Below, piece after piece: positions 36,355 through 45,875 of a DNA stretch of 64,000 nt. Within the stretch, counting starts at the first letter, position 1. The number at the start of each line of letters is the position of its first letter. Source of the stretch: Bacteroidota bacterium (lineage in GTDB: Bacteria; Eisenbacteria; RBG-16-71-46; SZUA-252); NCBI GenBank assembly GCA_050257045.1, contig JBLMWD010000027.1, forward strand, positions 9,743 through 73,742. Reading direction: 5' to 3'. The notes under the pieces are model-generated. The model was not told the DNA's origin. It saw nothing but the letters and a program-made list of their open reading frames with translations, and ran no database searches. A program made the translations under genes and the position numbers.

Positions 36355-38958
36355 TCAGCGGGACCGCGCGCGCGCCCGGTCCCGGAGGGCGGCAAGCCGC
36401 TGGAGCGCATCGAGCGGCGTCAGCCGCTCGAGGGGAATGTCCGCAAGCTCGCCCAGAAGAGCGGCCCGCTCGTCCCGACCCACTCCGGGGCGGCCGGGGT
36501 CCGCGACGGCTTCCGCCCGGCTCCCCGCCCCCGCCGCGTGCTCCCGCTCGAGGCGCGCCAGGATCTCACTCGCGCGCGCGAGCACCTCTCCGGGCACCCC
36601 GGCGAGCTGCGCCACGTGGATGCCGTAGCTCCGGTCGGCGCGGCCGGGCGCGATCAGGTGGAGAAAGACGATCGTTCCGTCGGCCTCGGAGACCCGCACG
36701 TTCCGGTTCCGTAGCCGCGGCAGGGTCGCCTCGAGATCGGTCAGCTCGTGGTAGTGGGTCGCGAAGAGGGTTCGCGGGCGCGCGCGCGGCCCCTCGTGCA
36801 GCGCCTCGGTCACGGCCCATGCGAGGGAGAGGCCGTCGTACGTGCTCGTCCCGCGCCCCACCTCGTCGAGGAGGACGAGGCTTCGATCGGTGGCCTGCCG
36901 GAGGATCGCCGCCGTCTCCTCCATCTCCACGAAGAACGTGGACGCTCCGCGAGCGATCTGGTCCGAGGCGCCGACCCGCGTGAAGATCCGGTCGGCGAGC
37001 CCGATCACGGCGGACGCGGCGGGAACGTAGGAGCCCACCTGGGCCAGGTAGACGCAGAGCCCCACCTGGCGGAGAAACGTCGACTTCCCGCCCATGTTGG
37101 GACCGGTGATGAGCCAGATCTGCTCGGTCTCGCCGTCGAGCGCGCAGTCGTTCGGGACGAACGCGCCCCCCTCGAGCGCGCGCTCGACCATGGGATGGCG
37201 CGCCTGCTTGAGGACGAGCTTCCGATCGTCGGCCACCGCCGGCCGCGTCCAGCGCTCGCGCGCCGCGGTTTCGCCGAGCGCGCGGTAGAGATCGATCTCG
37301 GCCACGACGCGCGCGGCGTCGTGCAGCGCGCCGATCGCCTCGAGGCAGCGCCCGCGGATCGAGTGGAAGTGCGCCGCCTCGCGCCGCCGGCTCTCCACGC
37401 TTGCGGCCTCGATCCGCTCCTCCATCCGCTTCAGCTCCGGCGTGACGTAGCGCTCGGCCCCGGCGAGCGTCTGCTTGCGGATGTAGTCGTCGGGGACGCG
37501 CGCGAGCTGGGAGCGCGTCACCTCGATGTAGTAGCCGAAGACGCGGTTGTACCCGGCCTTGAGGTTCGGGATCCCGGTCCGCGCGCGCTCGCGCGCCTCG
37601 AGGGCGAGGACCTGGTCGCGCCCATCCCCCGCCTCGCCCCGCATCTGGTCGAGCTCGGGGTCGAAGCCGGCGCGTACGATCCCGCCCTGCGTCGCCGTGA
37701 GCGGGAGCTCCTCCTCCAGCGCCTCCTCGAGGTGCGCGGCGAGCGCGGAGAGGTCGGGGAGCGACTCGCGCCAGGCGGCGATCGTGGCGCCAGGTCGCGC
37801 TTCCAGGGAAAGGCGGAGCGGCGGAAGGCGGCGGAGCGCGTCCCGCACCACGCCGAGGTCGCGCGGCGCCGCGCGTCCCGAGCCGAGGATCCCGAGGGTC
37901 CGCTCGAGGTCGGGAAAGCGATGGAGCCGCTCGGCGAGCTCGGCGCGGAGCGGCGCCGACTCGGCGAAACAGGCGGTGCGGTCGAGGCGGGCCTCCACCA
38001 CGCCGCGGTCGCGGGCGGGCTTCCGGAGGAGCGAGCGGAGGGCGCGCCCGCCCATCGAGGTCTCGGTGCGGTCGAGGAGGTGGAGGAGCGAGTGCTCCTT
38101 CCCCGCCGCCGAGTCGAGCACCTCGAGATTCCGGAGCGTGACCTCATCCACCACGAGCGGCGCCCCCTCGCGGAGCGGACGGATCTCGCGAAACTGCGGA
38201 AGGTCGGACTTGGCGAGCGAGCGGAGGTACTCGAGGAGCGCCCCCGCGGCGCCGAGCTCCTCGCGCGCGTCGCCGAGACCGAAGGCGTCGAGGCGGCTCA
38301 CGCCGAAGTGGCGGAGGAGCGACTGGCGTCCCGCTTCCACGTCGAAGCGCGCGGGCTCCCGGCGCGTCACGGGGACGTTCCCGTAGGGAGACCCCGCGCC
38401 GTTCGAGGCCGAGGCGCCGCGCGCGGCGGTGTCGCGGTCGCCCGGAAGGAGCACCTCGCGCGCCGGGAACTCGAACGGGAGCGTCGCGAGCTCCTCCGCC
38501 GTCACCGAGCCCGCGCGAAGCTCTCCGGTCGAGACCTCCGCCACGGCCACGCCGACGCGCGCGCCGCCCGGCGACAGGGCGACGATGTAATGGCTCTCCC
38601 GCGCCTCGAGGAGGCCCAGCCGGGTGACCGTCCCCGGCGTGAGCACCTCGACCACCTGCCGGTCGACGAGCCCCTTCGCCTCCTCGGCGCTCTCCATCTG
38701 CTCGGCGATCGCGACCGAGTAGCCGCGCTCGACGAGCTTCTTCAGATATCCCTCGACCGAGTGGTGCGGCACGCCCGCGAGCGGGAGGGGATCGCGCTTC
38801 TTGTCGCGCGACGTGAGCGCGATCCCGAGCTCGCGCGACGCGACGAGCGCGTCCTCGCCGAACGTCTCGTAGAAATCCCCCATCCGGAAGAGGAGGAGGC
38901 TTCCCGGATGCTCCGCCTTGAGCCGCCGGTACTGCTCGAGCATGGGGGTCGCTTCCAA
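36355..38958 (-). CDS. mutS: DNA mismatch repair protein MutS
   Basis: MLEQYRRLKAEHPGSLLLFRMGDFYETFGEDA (mismatch-binding domain with the Phe motif) and Walker A ITGPNMGGKSTFLRQ. Confidence 0.9.
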   Translation of the reverse strand: MEATPMLEQYRRLKAEHPGSLLLFRMGDFYETFGEDALVASRELGIALTSRDKKRDPLPLAGVPHHSVEGYLKKLVERGYSVAIAEQMESAEEAKGLVDRQVVEVLTPGTVTRLGLLEARESHYIVALSPGGARVGVAVAEVSTGELRAGSVTAEELATLPFEFPAREVLLPGDRDTAARGASASNGAGSPYGNVPVTRREPARFDVEAGRQSLLRHFGVSRLDAFGLGDAREELGAAGALLEYLRSLAKSDLPQFREIRPLREGAPLVVDEVTLRNLEVLDSAAGKEHSLLHLLDRTETSMGGRALRSLLRKPARDRGVVEARLDRTACFAESAPLRAELAERLHRFPDLERTLGILGSGRAAPRDLGVVRDALRRLPPLRLSLEARPGATIAAWRESLPDLSALAAHLEEALEEELPLTATQGGIVRAGFDPELDQMRGEAGDGRDQVLALEARERARTGIPNLKAGYNRVFGYYIEVTRSQLARVPDDYIRKQTLAGAERYVTPELKRMEERIEAASVESRRREAAHFHSIRGRCLEAIGALHDAARVVAEIDLYRALGETAARERWTRPAVADDRKLVLKQARHPMVERALEGGAFVPNDCALDGETEQIWLITGPNMGGKSTFLRQVGLCVYLAQVGSYVPAASAVIGLADRIFTRVGASDQIARGASTFFVEMEETAAILRQATDRSLVLLDEVGRGTSTYDGLSLAWAVTEALHEGPRARPRTLFATHYHELTDLEATLPRLRNRNVRVSEADGTIVFLHLIAPGRADRSYGIHVAQLAGVPGEVLARASEILARLEREHAAGAGSRAEAVADPGRPGVGRDERAALLGELADIPLERLTPLDALQRLAALRDRARARSR

Positions 38959-38964
38959 CGCGGC

Positions 38965-40044
38965 CTAGCGCGGAACGACCTGGTAGGAGAAGCCGCGCTC
39001 GCGGCGGAGGCGCTCGCCGAGCGCGCGCGCCTCGTCGCGGCTCGTGAAGGAGCCGGCGCGCACCCGGTAGATGGGCGGCGTCTCGTCCCCCTGGCGGACC
39101 GACACGTCCCCGGTCCCGGCCCGCTTGAGCTCGAGCGCGAGCGCGTCGGCGAGGTCCTTGCGGCTGAAGGCGCCGATCTGGACGGCGAAGCCGCCGCCGA
39201 TCGGGAGGAGCGGGGTCACCTCGGTGCCGGGGCGGATCCCCCGGTCGCGGACGCGCGTCGCCTCGTAGGAGAGGGGGAAGCGCTGCGCCACCTGGCGGAA
39301 GACGCTCGTCGCGTCGGTCTGCCGGCCCGTCATCTCGAGCGCAGTCCCCATCGCGTAGAGCGCCTGCGGCGCGTAGTCCCCCTGCGGATGGCGCTCGAGG
39401 AGGTAGCGGAGCGCGGTCATGGCGTCCTGCGGCTTGTTCGCGCGGAGCGCGGCTTCGGCCACCGCGTAGTAGTAGTCCTCCTCCTCGTTCGATCCCTTGA
39501 GGTCCGATTCGGCGGTGGCGAGGAACTGGAGCGCGCCGGCGGCGTCGCCGCGCCCGAGGAGGGCGAGGCCGCGCGTGACGAGCGCCTCCCGTCCCGTGGC
39601 CGTCCGCTCGACCCCGGGGCTGAAGATCGCGAGGAGGTTCTCCGCCTGCGCGTAGTCGCCGCTCACGTAGCGGATCCTCGCCAGCGCGAGGGTCGCCTCG
39701 CGCCGGTAGATTCCCTTCGGATAGCGGGTGCGGTAGTCGCCGAGCGCGCGCTCGTAGGCGGAGCCGTCCTCCTCGAGCAGCGCGCGGAGATAGGTCGCCG
39801 CGTCCTCCTTCTCGGGCGGGAGCGCCCCCTTCGGGATCCGGACGAGAAGTGCGCGCGCCCCGTCGGTGGCTCCGCGCGCGAACGCCTCCTGCGCGGACGT
39901 GAGGAGCGAAGCCTGGGACTCGGGCGCGGCCGGCTTCTTCGCCGCCTTCCGGGGCGCGGTGTGCGCGAGGCCCTGCCCGATGCCCCACGCCGCCCCGGCG
40001 AGGAGGAGCGCCGCCGCCGCGAGCCGGAGCGCGCGGGCGCTCAC
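38965..40044 (-). CDS. TPR-repeat protein with a C-terminal SPOR (peptidoglycan-binding) domain
   Basis: Signal/TM segment LRLAAAALLLAGAAWG, TPR-like repeats, and a C-terminal FAVQIGAFSRKDLADALALELKRAG...YRVRAGSFTSRDEARALGERL SPOR domain. The GTG start overlaps the lapB stop (GTGA). Confidence 0.6.
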   Translation of the reverse strand: MSARALRLAAAALLLAGAAWGIGQGLAHTAPRKAAKKPAAPESQASLLTSAQEAFARGATDGARALLVRIPKGALPPEKEDAATYLRALLEEDGSAYERALGDYRTRYPKGIYRREATLALARIRYVSGDYAQAENLLAIFSPGVERTATGREALVTRGLALLGRGDAAGALQFLATAESDLKGSNEEEDYYYAVAEAALRANKPQDAMTALRYLLERHPQGDYAPQALYAMGTALEMTGRQTDATSVFRQVAQRFPLSYEATRVRDRGIRPGTEVTPLLPIGGGFAVQIGAFSRKDLADALALELKRAGTGDVSVRQGDETPPIYRVRAGSFTSRDEARALGERLRRERGFSYQVVPR

Positions 40045-41180
40045 GCGGGCTCCATCCAGGCGAGGCACGAGGGGCAGCGCGACCAGTACTCGTCCGCGCG
40101 CTCGCCGCAGCGCGGGCACGCGGGCGGGGCCGTCCCGGCGAGCGAACGCAGGAGCGAATCGACCTCGGCCAGCGCGTGCGCGGGGTCGCCGAGACGCCGG
40201 TGGATCTCGATCGTGAGGAGCCGCGCCTCGAGCGAGCGCGGGTCGACGGCGAGCGCCTCGCGCGCCGCATGCATCGCCTCGCTCAGGTCGTCGCGCTTCA
40301 TGTGCATCCGCGCGAGGGCGAGGAGGAGCCGCGCGTCGCGCGGGTTCCGTTGGAGCAGCTCCTCGTAGAGCGGTGCCAGCTCGCCGAAGCGGCCGCGCTC
40401 GAAATAGGAGACCTCGAGGCGCTCGAGGACGAGATGCGAGCGCTCGGGATGCGCGGCCGCGAGCCCTTCCCAGAGACGGATCGCGCGGTCGGGATGGCGC
40501 CGCTCGTAGTAGATGTCGCCGAGGCGAAGGAGCGCGATCGGATGATCCCGCTCCAGGCGGAGCGCCGCCTTGAAGTGGCGCGCCGCGTCGTCGAGCTTCT
40601 CGTTCCGGAGGAAGATCTCGCCGATGGCGGCGCGGTAGCTCGCGAGCGCCGCGCTCTCACGCTCCCCGCGCGCCTTCGCCATCTCGGCCCGCACCTCGTA
40701 GGCGCGATCCCACTCCCCGCCCGCCTCGTAGGCCTTGAGGAGGAGCGGGAGCCCCGCCCCGTTCTTGCGATCGCGGTCGCGCAGAAGGACCGCCTCCTGG
40801 ACCGCCTCCTTGGGCCGTCCGACGGCGATCCAGTCGAGCACGAGCGCTTCCCGAACGGCGCGGTCCTGCGCGGGCGTGCGCGCGGGACGGACGGTGAGCT
40901 TCCGGTGGAGGTCGAGCGCGCGTGCGCCCTCGCCGCGGTCGCGGAGGAGGTTTCCGAGGTGGATGTAGGCGTCGATGTTCTCGCTGTCTTCCTGGACGGT
41001 GTCGGCGAAGGCTTCGAGCGCCGCGTCCTTGTCGCCGGCGAGGAGCGCGTGCACGCCGCGCTGGTAGGGCGTCTCCGGGCGGGGCGGACCCGTGTCCGCG
41101 TCGCGCGAGAAGAGCCAGGCCGCGTACCCCACCGCCGCGAGCACGCCCACGACCACCACCCAGGTGAAGATCGGTGCCAT
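40041..41180 (-). CDS. lapB: Lipopolysaccharide assembly protein B (LapB/YciM): TM + TPR + rubredoxin-like zinc finger
   Basis: N-terminal TM helix MAPIFTWVVVVGVLAAVGYAAWLF, TPR repeats, and the C-terminal metal-binding pair CPRCGERADEYWSRCPSC. Confidence 0.75.
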   Translation of the reverse strand: MAPIFTWVVVVGVLAAVGYAAWLFSRDADTGPPRPETPYQRGVHALLAGDKDAALEAFADTVQEDSENIDAYIHLGNLLRDRGEGARALDLHRKLTVRPARTPAQDRAVREALVLDWIAVGRPKEAVQEAVLLRDRDRKNGAGLPLLLKAYEAGGEWDRAYEVRAEMAKARGERESAALASYRAAIGEIFLRNEKLDDAARHFKAALRLERDHPIALLRLGDIYYERRHPDRAIRLWEGLAAAHPERSHLVLERLEVSYFERGRFGELAPLYEELLQRNPRDARLLLALARMHMKRDDLSEAMHAAREALAVDPRSLEARLLTIEIHRRLGDPAHALAEVDSLLRSLAGTAPPACPRCGERADEYWSRCPSCLAWMEPA

Positions 41181-41227
41181 CAGCTTCCCTCCCCGCCCGC
41201 CGTCATCCCCGCTTCTCCGTCATCCCC

Positions 41228-41557
41228 TCACCCACGCCCTCCGCCGGTCCTGCTTCCGATCGCGAGCCCCTCGAGCGGGAGGTTCCGGAGCTCGGTCAGC
41301 TCGCGCTCGAGCGCGCGCTTCTCGCGCTCCACCGCGGCCGCGTCCGAGCGCGCCTTCAGCACCTGGAAGAGCGCGAGCAGGAACGCGACGAGCATCCCGA
41401 GGACGAAGGCGGCGAAGACCGCGACGTTCACCGGGATCGAACGGTAGACGTGCCCCGGCAGGTTGATGGCCGTCACGCTCTCGCGCATGTTGAGGACCGC
41501 GAAGCCGACCACGAGAACCATGATGGCGAGCCAGAGGATGTTCCGGAGAAACCACAT
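41228..41557 (-). CDS. lapA: Lipopolysaccharide assembly protein A (LapA/YciS; DUF1049)
   Basis: A small two-TM protein, MWFLRNILWLAIMVLVVGFAVLN..., followed by a coiled-coil. It lies immediately upstream of lapB. Confidence 0.7.
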   Translation of the reverse strand: MWFLRNILWLAIMVLVVGFAVLNMRESVTAINLPGHVYRSIPVNVAVFAAFVLGMLVAFLLALFQVLKARSDAAAVEREKRALERELTELRNLPLEGLAIGSRTGGGRG

Positions 41558-41633
41558 GGCACGGACCTCCTTGGGGGGAGATGGGCCGGGCGCCGCCCCA
41601 TCGGCGCCAGAATAGGGGCGCCGATGCCGTGGG

Positions 41634-42992
41634 TCAACCCGCGGGCGGCAAAAGGAGCGAGCCCGTGAGCGCGCCGCCGGCGATTCCGTCGACGCGCACG
41701 TCGACGATCCCGCGGCGCTCCGGGCGGCGCGCGAGGAGCACCGGAGCGTAGACGTCGGTCATGGCGCGGCAGGGATCGGGGTCGGCGCCTTCCGGGAGCG
41801 CGGGGAGCACGGAGCCGAGGAGACTCCGCTGGAACGCGGCGCGCTTCCGCTCGCCGAGCGCGCGGAGCCGCGCCGATCGCTCGCGCGCCTCCGCTTGGCC
41901 GGCCCGCCCGGAGAGGAGCGCCGCGCGCGTCCCGGGGCGGGGCGAGTAGCGGAAGACGTGGAGGTAGGAGAGCGGGAGCCGCTCGAGGAACCGAACGGTC
42001 TCCTCGAACTCCGCCGCCCCCTCTCCCGGATGGCCCACGATCACGTCCGCCCCGATCGCGACCGTGCCGCGCGCGGCGACCGCTTCCGTGAGGCGCGCGT
42101 AGTCCTCGGGCGCGTACGGGCGCCGCATGGCTCGGAGCACCGCGGGCGAGCCGCTCTGGAGCGGCAGGTGAAGATGGCGGCAGAGGCGCGGCTCCGCGCC
42201 GATCATCGCGACGAGGACGGGGTCGACCTTGTTCGGCTCGATCGAGGAGATCCGGACACGATGGCACCCTCCCAGCGCGAGGAGCGCCTCGACAAGGCGT
42301 GGAAGGAGCGCCGGCTCGCCGAGGTCCTTCCCGTAGGAGCCGAGATCGGCGCCCGTCAGCACGAGCTCGTGGAAGCCGGCCTCGAGGAGACGCCGCGCCT
42401 GGTCCAGGGCGTCGGCGAGCGGAAGGCTCCGGCTCCGTCCCCGGACCATCGGCACGACGCAGTAGGCGCAGAAGGAGTCGCAGCCGTCCTGCACCTTGAG
42501 GAGGGCGCGCGTGCGCCCGAAGGAAACGGGCGCGGAAGGCACGAACGGCCGCCGGGAACGGGCCGGCGCGACGGCAACCGCCGCAGCGCCCTCGCGCGCG
42601 ACGCCGGGCACGCCGCGTGCCGGCGAACCGAGGAGGGACGCGAGCCGATCTCGCTCGGCCGTCCCCGCGACGAGGGCCACTCCCGGGAGCGCGGCCGCCT
42701 CGGCGGGAGCGCGCTGCGCCCAGCAGCCCGTGACGACGAGCCGCGCTTCGGGGTGTTCGCGCGCGAGTCGCCGGACCGCCTGCCGCGCCTCCTGGTCGGC
42801 GCGGGCCGTGACCGTGCAGGTGTTCACCACGATCACGTCGGGGTCCTCCCCCTCGCGGGCCTCGCCCCATCCGGCCGCGGCCAGCGAAGCCCGGATCGCG
42901 GCCGTGTCGTGCTGGTTCAGGCGGCAGCCGAGCGTGAAATAGGAAACCCGGGGCGCCGTGAGGGGCGCCCCGGGCTCTGGTGCGTGCGGCAT
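41634..42992 (-). CDS. mtaB: MiaB-like tRNA methylthiotransferase (MtaB/RimO family, radical SAM)
   Basis: VSYFTLGCRLNQHDTAAI (MTTase N-domain), radical-SAM cluster CDSFCAYC, and a C-terminal TRAM-like region. Confidence 0.8.
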   Translation of the reverse strand: MPHAPEPGAPLTAPRVSYFTLGCRLNQHDTAAIRASLAAAGWGEAREGEDPDVIVVNTCTVTARADQEARQAVRRLAREHPEARLVVTGCWAQRAPAEAAALPGVALVAGTAERDRLASLLGSPARGVPGVAREGAAAVAVAPARSRRPFVPSAPVSFGRTRALLKVQDGCDSFCAYCVVPMVRGRSRSLPLADALDQARRLLEAGFHELVLTGADLGSYGKDLGEPALLPRLVEALLALGGCHRVRISSIEPNKVDPVLVAMIGAEPRLCRHLHLPLQSGSPAVLRAMRRPYAPEDYARLTEAVAARGTVAIGADVIVGHPGEGAAEFEETVRFLERLPLSYLHVFRYSPRPGTRAALLSGRAGQAEARERSARLRALGERKRAAFQRSLLGSVLPALPEGADPDPCRAMTDVYAPVLLARRPERRGIVDVRVDGIAGGALTGSLLLPPAG

Positions 42993-43002
42993 GGCGCTTC
43001 GC

Positions 43003-44877
43003 TTACGAGGCGGGCGCCTCGTCGCCTTCCGAACTGGCGACTCCCGCGACCGGCGCCGGCTCGCCCGGCTCGTCCGGCGACGGCGTCGGCTTGAACCGCT
43101 CCTGGAACGCCTCCTGCCCGGCGCGGTCCTGGTCCTGCACCCACGCCTTGGCGCTCAGGATGATGCGGTGGGCCTGCGTGTCGACGCGCGTGACCTTGAG
43201 ATCGAGCGTGTCGCCCGGCTTGAAGCTGTCCGACGGCTTCTTGAGTCCGTCCACCCCCAGCTGCGAGAGCGGGATGAACCCTTCGAGACCGTCCTCCAGG
43301 TCCACGATGACGCCGCGGTCGAGGAGGCGCACCACCGTCCCCTTCACGATGATGTCGGGGAGATAGCGCTCGGCCAGCGTCGGCCACGGATCCTCGCTCA
43401 CCTGCTTCAGGCCGAGGCTGATCCGGCGGGCCTCCTTGTCGATCGAGAGGACCACGACGTCGACCTTGTCGCCCTTCTTGAGAATCTCGCTCGGGTGCGC
43501 GACGCGGCGCGTCCACGACATGTCGCTGATGTGGACGAGGCCGTCGATCCCCTCCTCGATCTCGACGAAGGCGCCGAAATTGGTGAGGTTCCGGACCTTC
43601 CCCGAGAGCTTGGTGCCGATCGGGAAGCGGTCGTCGAGCGTGAGCCACGGATCGGGCTCGATCTGCTTGAGACCGAGGCTGATCTTCTCGTTGTCCTTGT
43701 CGATCTTCAGGATCATCGCCTCGACCTCGTCCCCGATGGCGACCACCTTGCTCGGGTGACGGACGTGGCGCGTCCACGACATCTCGGAGATGTGGATGAG
43801 CCCCTCGATTCCCTTCTCCAGCTCCACGAAGGCGCCGTAATCGGTGATCGAGACCACCTTCCCCTTCACGCGCTGGCTCACGTTGTAGCGCTTGTCCACG
43901 TCCTCCCACGGATAGGGCGTGAGCTGCTTCATGCCGAGGGAGATGCGCTCCTTCTCCGGATCGAACGAGAGGACCTTCACGCGGACCTTGTCGCCGATCG
44001 AGACCAGCTCGGACGGATGGCTCACGCGGCCCCAGGACATGTCGGTGATGTGGAGGAGGCCGTCGATGCCGCCGAGGTCGACGAAGGCGCCGAAGTCGGT
44101 GATGTTCTTGACCACGCCCTCGCGGATCTGGTCCTTGGCCAGCTCCTGGATGATCTCGCTCTTCTGCTTCGCTCGGTGCTCCTCGAGCACCGCGCGCCGC
44201 GAGACGACGATGTTCCGGCGCCGCTTGTTCAGCTTGATGATCTTGAATTCCATCGACTGGCCGAGGAGCGAGTCGACGTTCTGCACCTGGCGCAGCGCGA
44301 TCTGGGAGCCGGGGAGGAACGCCTCGACGCCGTAGAGATCGACCACGACGCCGCCCTTGATCTTCCGCATGAGCCGCCCCTCGACGAGCTCGCCCTGATC
44401 GGCGGCCGCCTTGACGCGGTCCCACACCTTGACGAAATCGGCGCGCTGCTTGGAGAGGACGACCAGACCGTCCTGGTTCTCGGTCTTCTCGAGGAAGACC
44501 TCGATCTCGTCCCCGACCTTGACCCCCTCCAGATCCGGGAACTCCTCGACCGGGATGACCCCCTCGGACTTGAACCCCACGTCGACGGTGACTTCCTTGT
44601 CGTCGATCTTGAGGACGCGTCCGCGGACGATCTCCCCTTCTTCGAGGTCCTGAAGCGACTCCTCGTAGAGCTGGAGCCACTGGCCCATGGCGCCGGCCGA
44701 TTCGTCCTCGCCGTCGACGACCGCCTCCGGACCGCCGGCCGAGGTGAACAGCTCCTCGTCGTCGTCCTGGTGGATCAGCCGGGTCGTCGTGCGCCGCTTG
44801 CGCGGCTTTGCTTCGGCTTCCGCTTCTTCCGCGCCATCGTCCTTCACATCCAGCTCTTCTTCGTGACGTCGAACCAT
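43003..44877 (-). CDS. rpsA: 30S ribosomal protein S1 (six S1 domains), possibly with an acidic N-terminal extension
   Basis: Six repeats of the S1 motif (GxV..I.D.GAFV.L..GI.GL.H.S..SW). Start is called at ATG ~44877 (MVRRHEEELDVKDDGAEE...) because the extension has strong GC3 codon bias. An alternative start is ATG ~44688 (MGQWLQLYEESL..., the typical S1 N-terminus). Confidence 0.85.
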   Translation of the reverse strand: MVRRHEEELDVKDDGAEEAEAEAKPRKRRTTTRLIHQDDDEELFTSAGGPEAVVDGEDESAGAMGQWLQLYEESLQDLEEGEIVRGRVLKIDDKEVTVDVGFKSEGVIPVEEFPDLEGVKVGDEIEVFLEKTENQDGLVVLSKQRADFVKVWDRVKAAADQGELVEGRLMRKIKGGVVVDLYGVEAFLPGSQIALRQVQNVDSLLGQSMEFKIIKLNKRRRNIVVSRRAVLEEHRAKQKSEIIQELAKDQIREGVVKNITDFGAFVDLGGIDGLLHITDMSWGRVSHPSELVSIGDKVRVKVLSFDPEKERISLGMKQLTPYPWEDVDKRYNVSQRVKGKVVSITDYGAFVELEKGIEGLIHISEMSWTRHVRHPSKVVAIGDEVEAMILKIDKDNEKISLGLKQIEPDPWLTLDDRFPIGTKLSGKVRNLTNFGAFVEIEEGIDGLVHISDMSWTRRVAHPSEILKKGDKVDVVVLSIDKEARRISLGLKQVSEDPWPTLAERYLPDIIVKGTVVRLLDRGVIVDLEDGLEGFIPLSQLGVDGLKKPSDSFKPGDTLDLKVTRVDTQAHRIILSAKAWVQDQDRAGQEAFQERFKPTPSPDEPGEPAPVAGVASSEGDEAPAS

Positions 44878-44947
44878 TCCGTTACCGTACCCCCTGTTTT
44901 CTATGAATTTCGGCCTTGTGGGCCGGTGCTGCCGTCGTGAAGAACCG

Positions 44948-45808
44948 CTACGCGGACTGGCGCGCGCCGGGCTCGATGTCCGTGAGCCGCGCCACCACCT
45001 CCGCAATGACGTCGTCGGGGGTCGAAGCCCCCGCCGACACGCCGACCCGGTGGATCCCGCGGAACCAGGCGGGGTCGATCTCGTCGGCCGACTCGACCTG
45101 GTGCACGCGCGGGTTCACCTTGCGGCAGACCTCGGCGAGCTGCGCCGTGTTCGCGCTCTGGCGCCCGCCGATGATCACCATGGCTTCCACCGTGGGCGCG
45201 AGCTCGACCGCGGTCCGCTGCATCGAGGTCGTGGCGCCGCACAGGGTGTTGAAGACCCGCACTTCCTTCCCGCGCTTCAGGAGCGCCCCGACCACCTCCT
45301 GCACGTGGCCGATCGAATGGGTCGTCTGGAATACGACGCCCATGCGCGGGATGAACTTCAGCTTCTCCGCCTCGGCGACGCTGTTGATGACGATCGCCCT
45401 TCCGTGCGTGTGGGCGACGACGCCGATCACCTCGGGGTGATGGGCGTCGCCGATCATCACGACCTTGTAGTCGTCGGCGATCAGCTTCGCCGCGTACTGC
45501 TGCGCCTTCGTCACGAAGGGGCAGGTGGTGTCGACCACGTTGAGGCTCCGCTTCGTCGCCGCGTCCCGCACCTCGGGCCCGACGCCGTGGGAGCGGATCA
45601 CCACCGTGCCGTCGGGCGCGAGCTCGGTCAGGTCGCTCACCACCTCGAGGCCGCGCCGCTGGAACTGGCTCACGACCTGGGGATTGTGGATGAGCTGCCC
45701 GAGCGATTTCACCGGACCGCTGGCCTGGTCGAGCGTCTCACTCGCCATCTTGATGGCGCGCTTGACCCCGAAGCAGAAGCCCGCGTTGTCGGCGACGATC
45801 ACTTCCAT
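44948..45808 (-). CDS. ispH: 4-hydroxy-3-methylbut-2-enyl diphosphate reductase
   Basis: MEVIVADNAGFCFGVKRAI...VVDTTCPFVTK...NTLCGATT carries the three conserved Cys. Confidence 0.9.
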   Translation of the reverse strand: MEVIVADNAGFCFGVKRAIKMASETLDQASGPVKSLGQLIHNPQVVSQFQRRGLEVVSDLTELAPDGTVVIRSHGVGPEVRDAATKRSLNVVDTTCPFVTKAQQYAAKLIADDYKVVMIGDAHHPEVIGVVAHTHGRAIVINSVAEAEKLKFIPRMGVVFQTTHSIGHVQEVVGALLKRGKEVRVFNTLCGATTSMQRTAVELAPTVEAMVIIGGRQSANTAQLAEVCRKVNPRVHQVESADEIDPAWFRGIHRVGVSAGASTPDDVIAEVVARLTDIEPGARQSA

Positions 45809-45875
45809 GCCGTTCCCTTGCTCCCCGCCGGGTCCGCCCGGCTCGTCTCCGATCTCAGCACGGTCGGATCCGTGC

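Noticed and set aside
36748-40368. 1206-aa plus-strand ORF
   Set aside because: It is antisense to mutS, the SPOR/TPR gene and lapB. It has an R/E/G-rich repetitive composition and no recognisable domains. It is an artefact of high GC with few stop codons.
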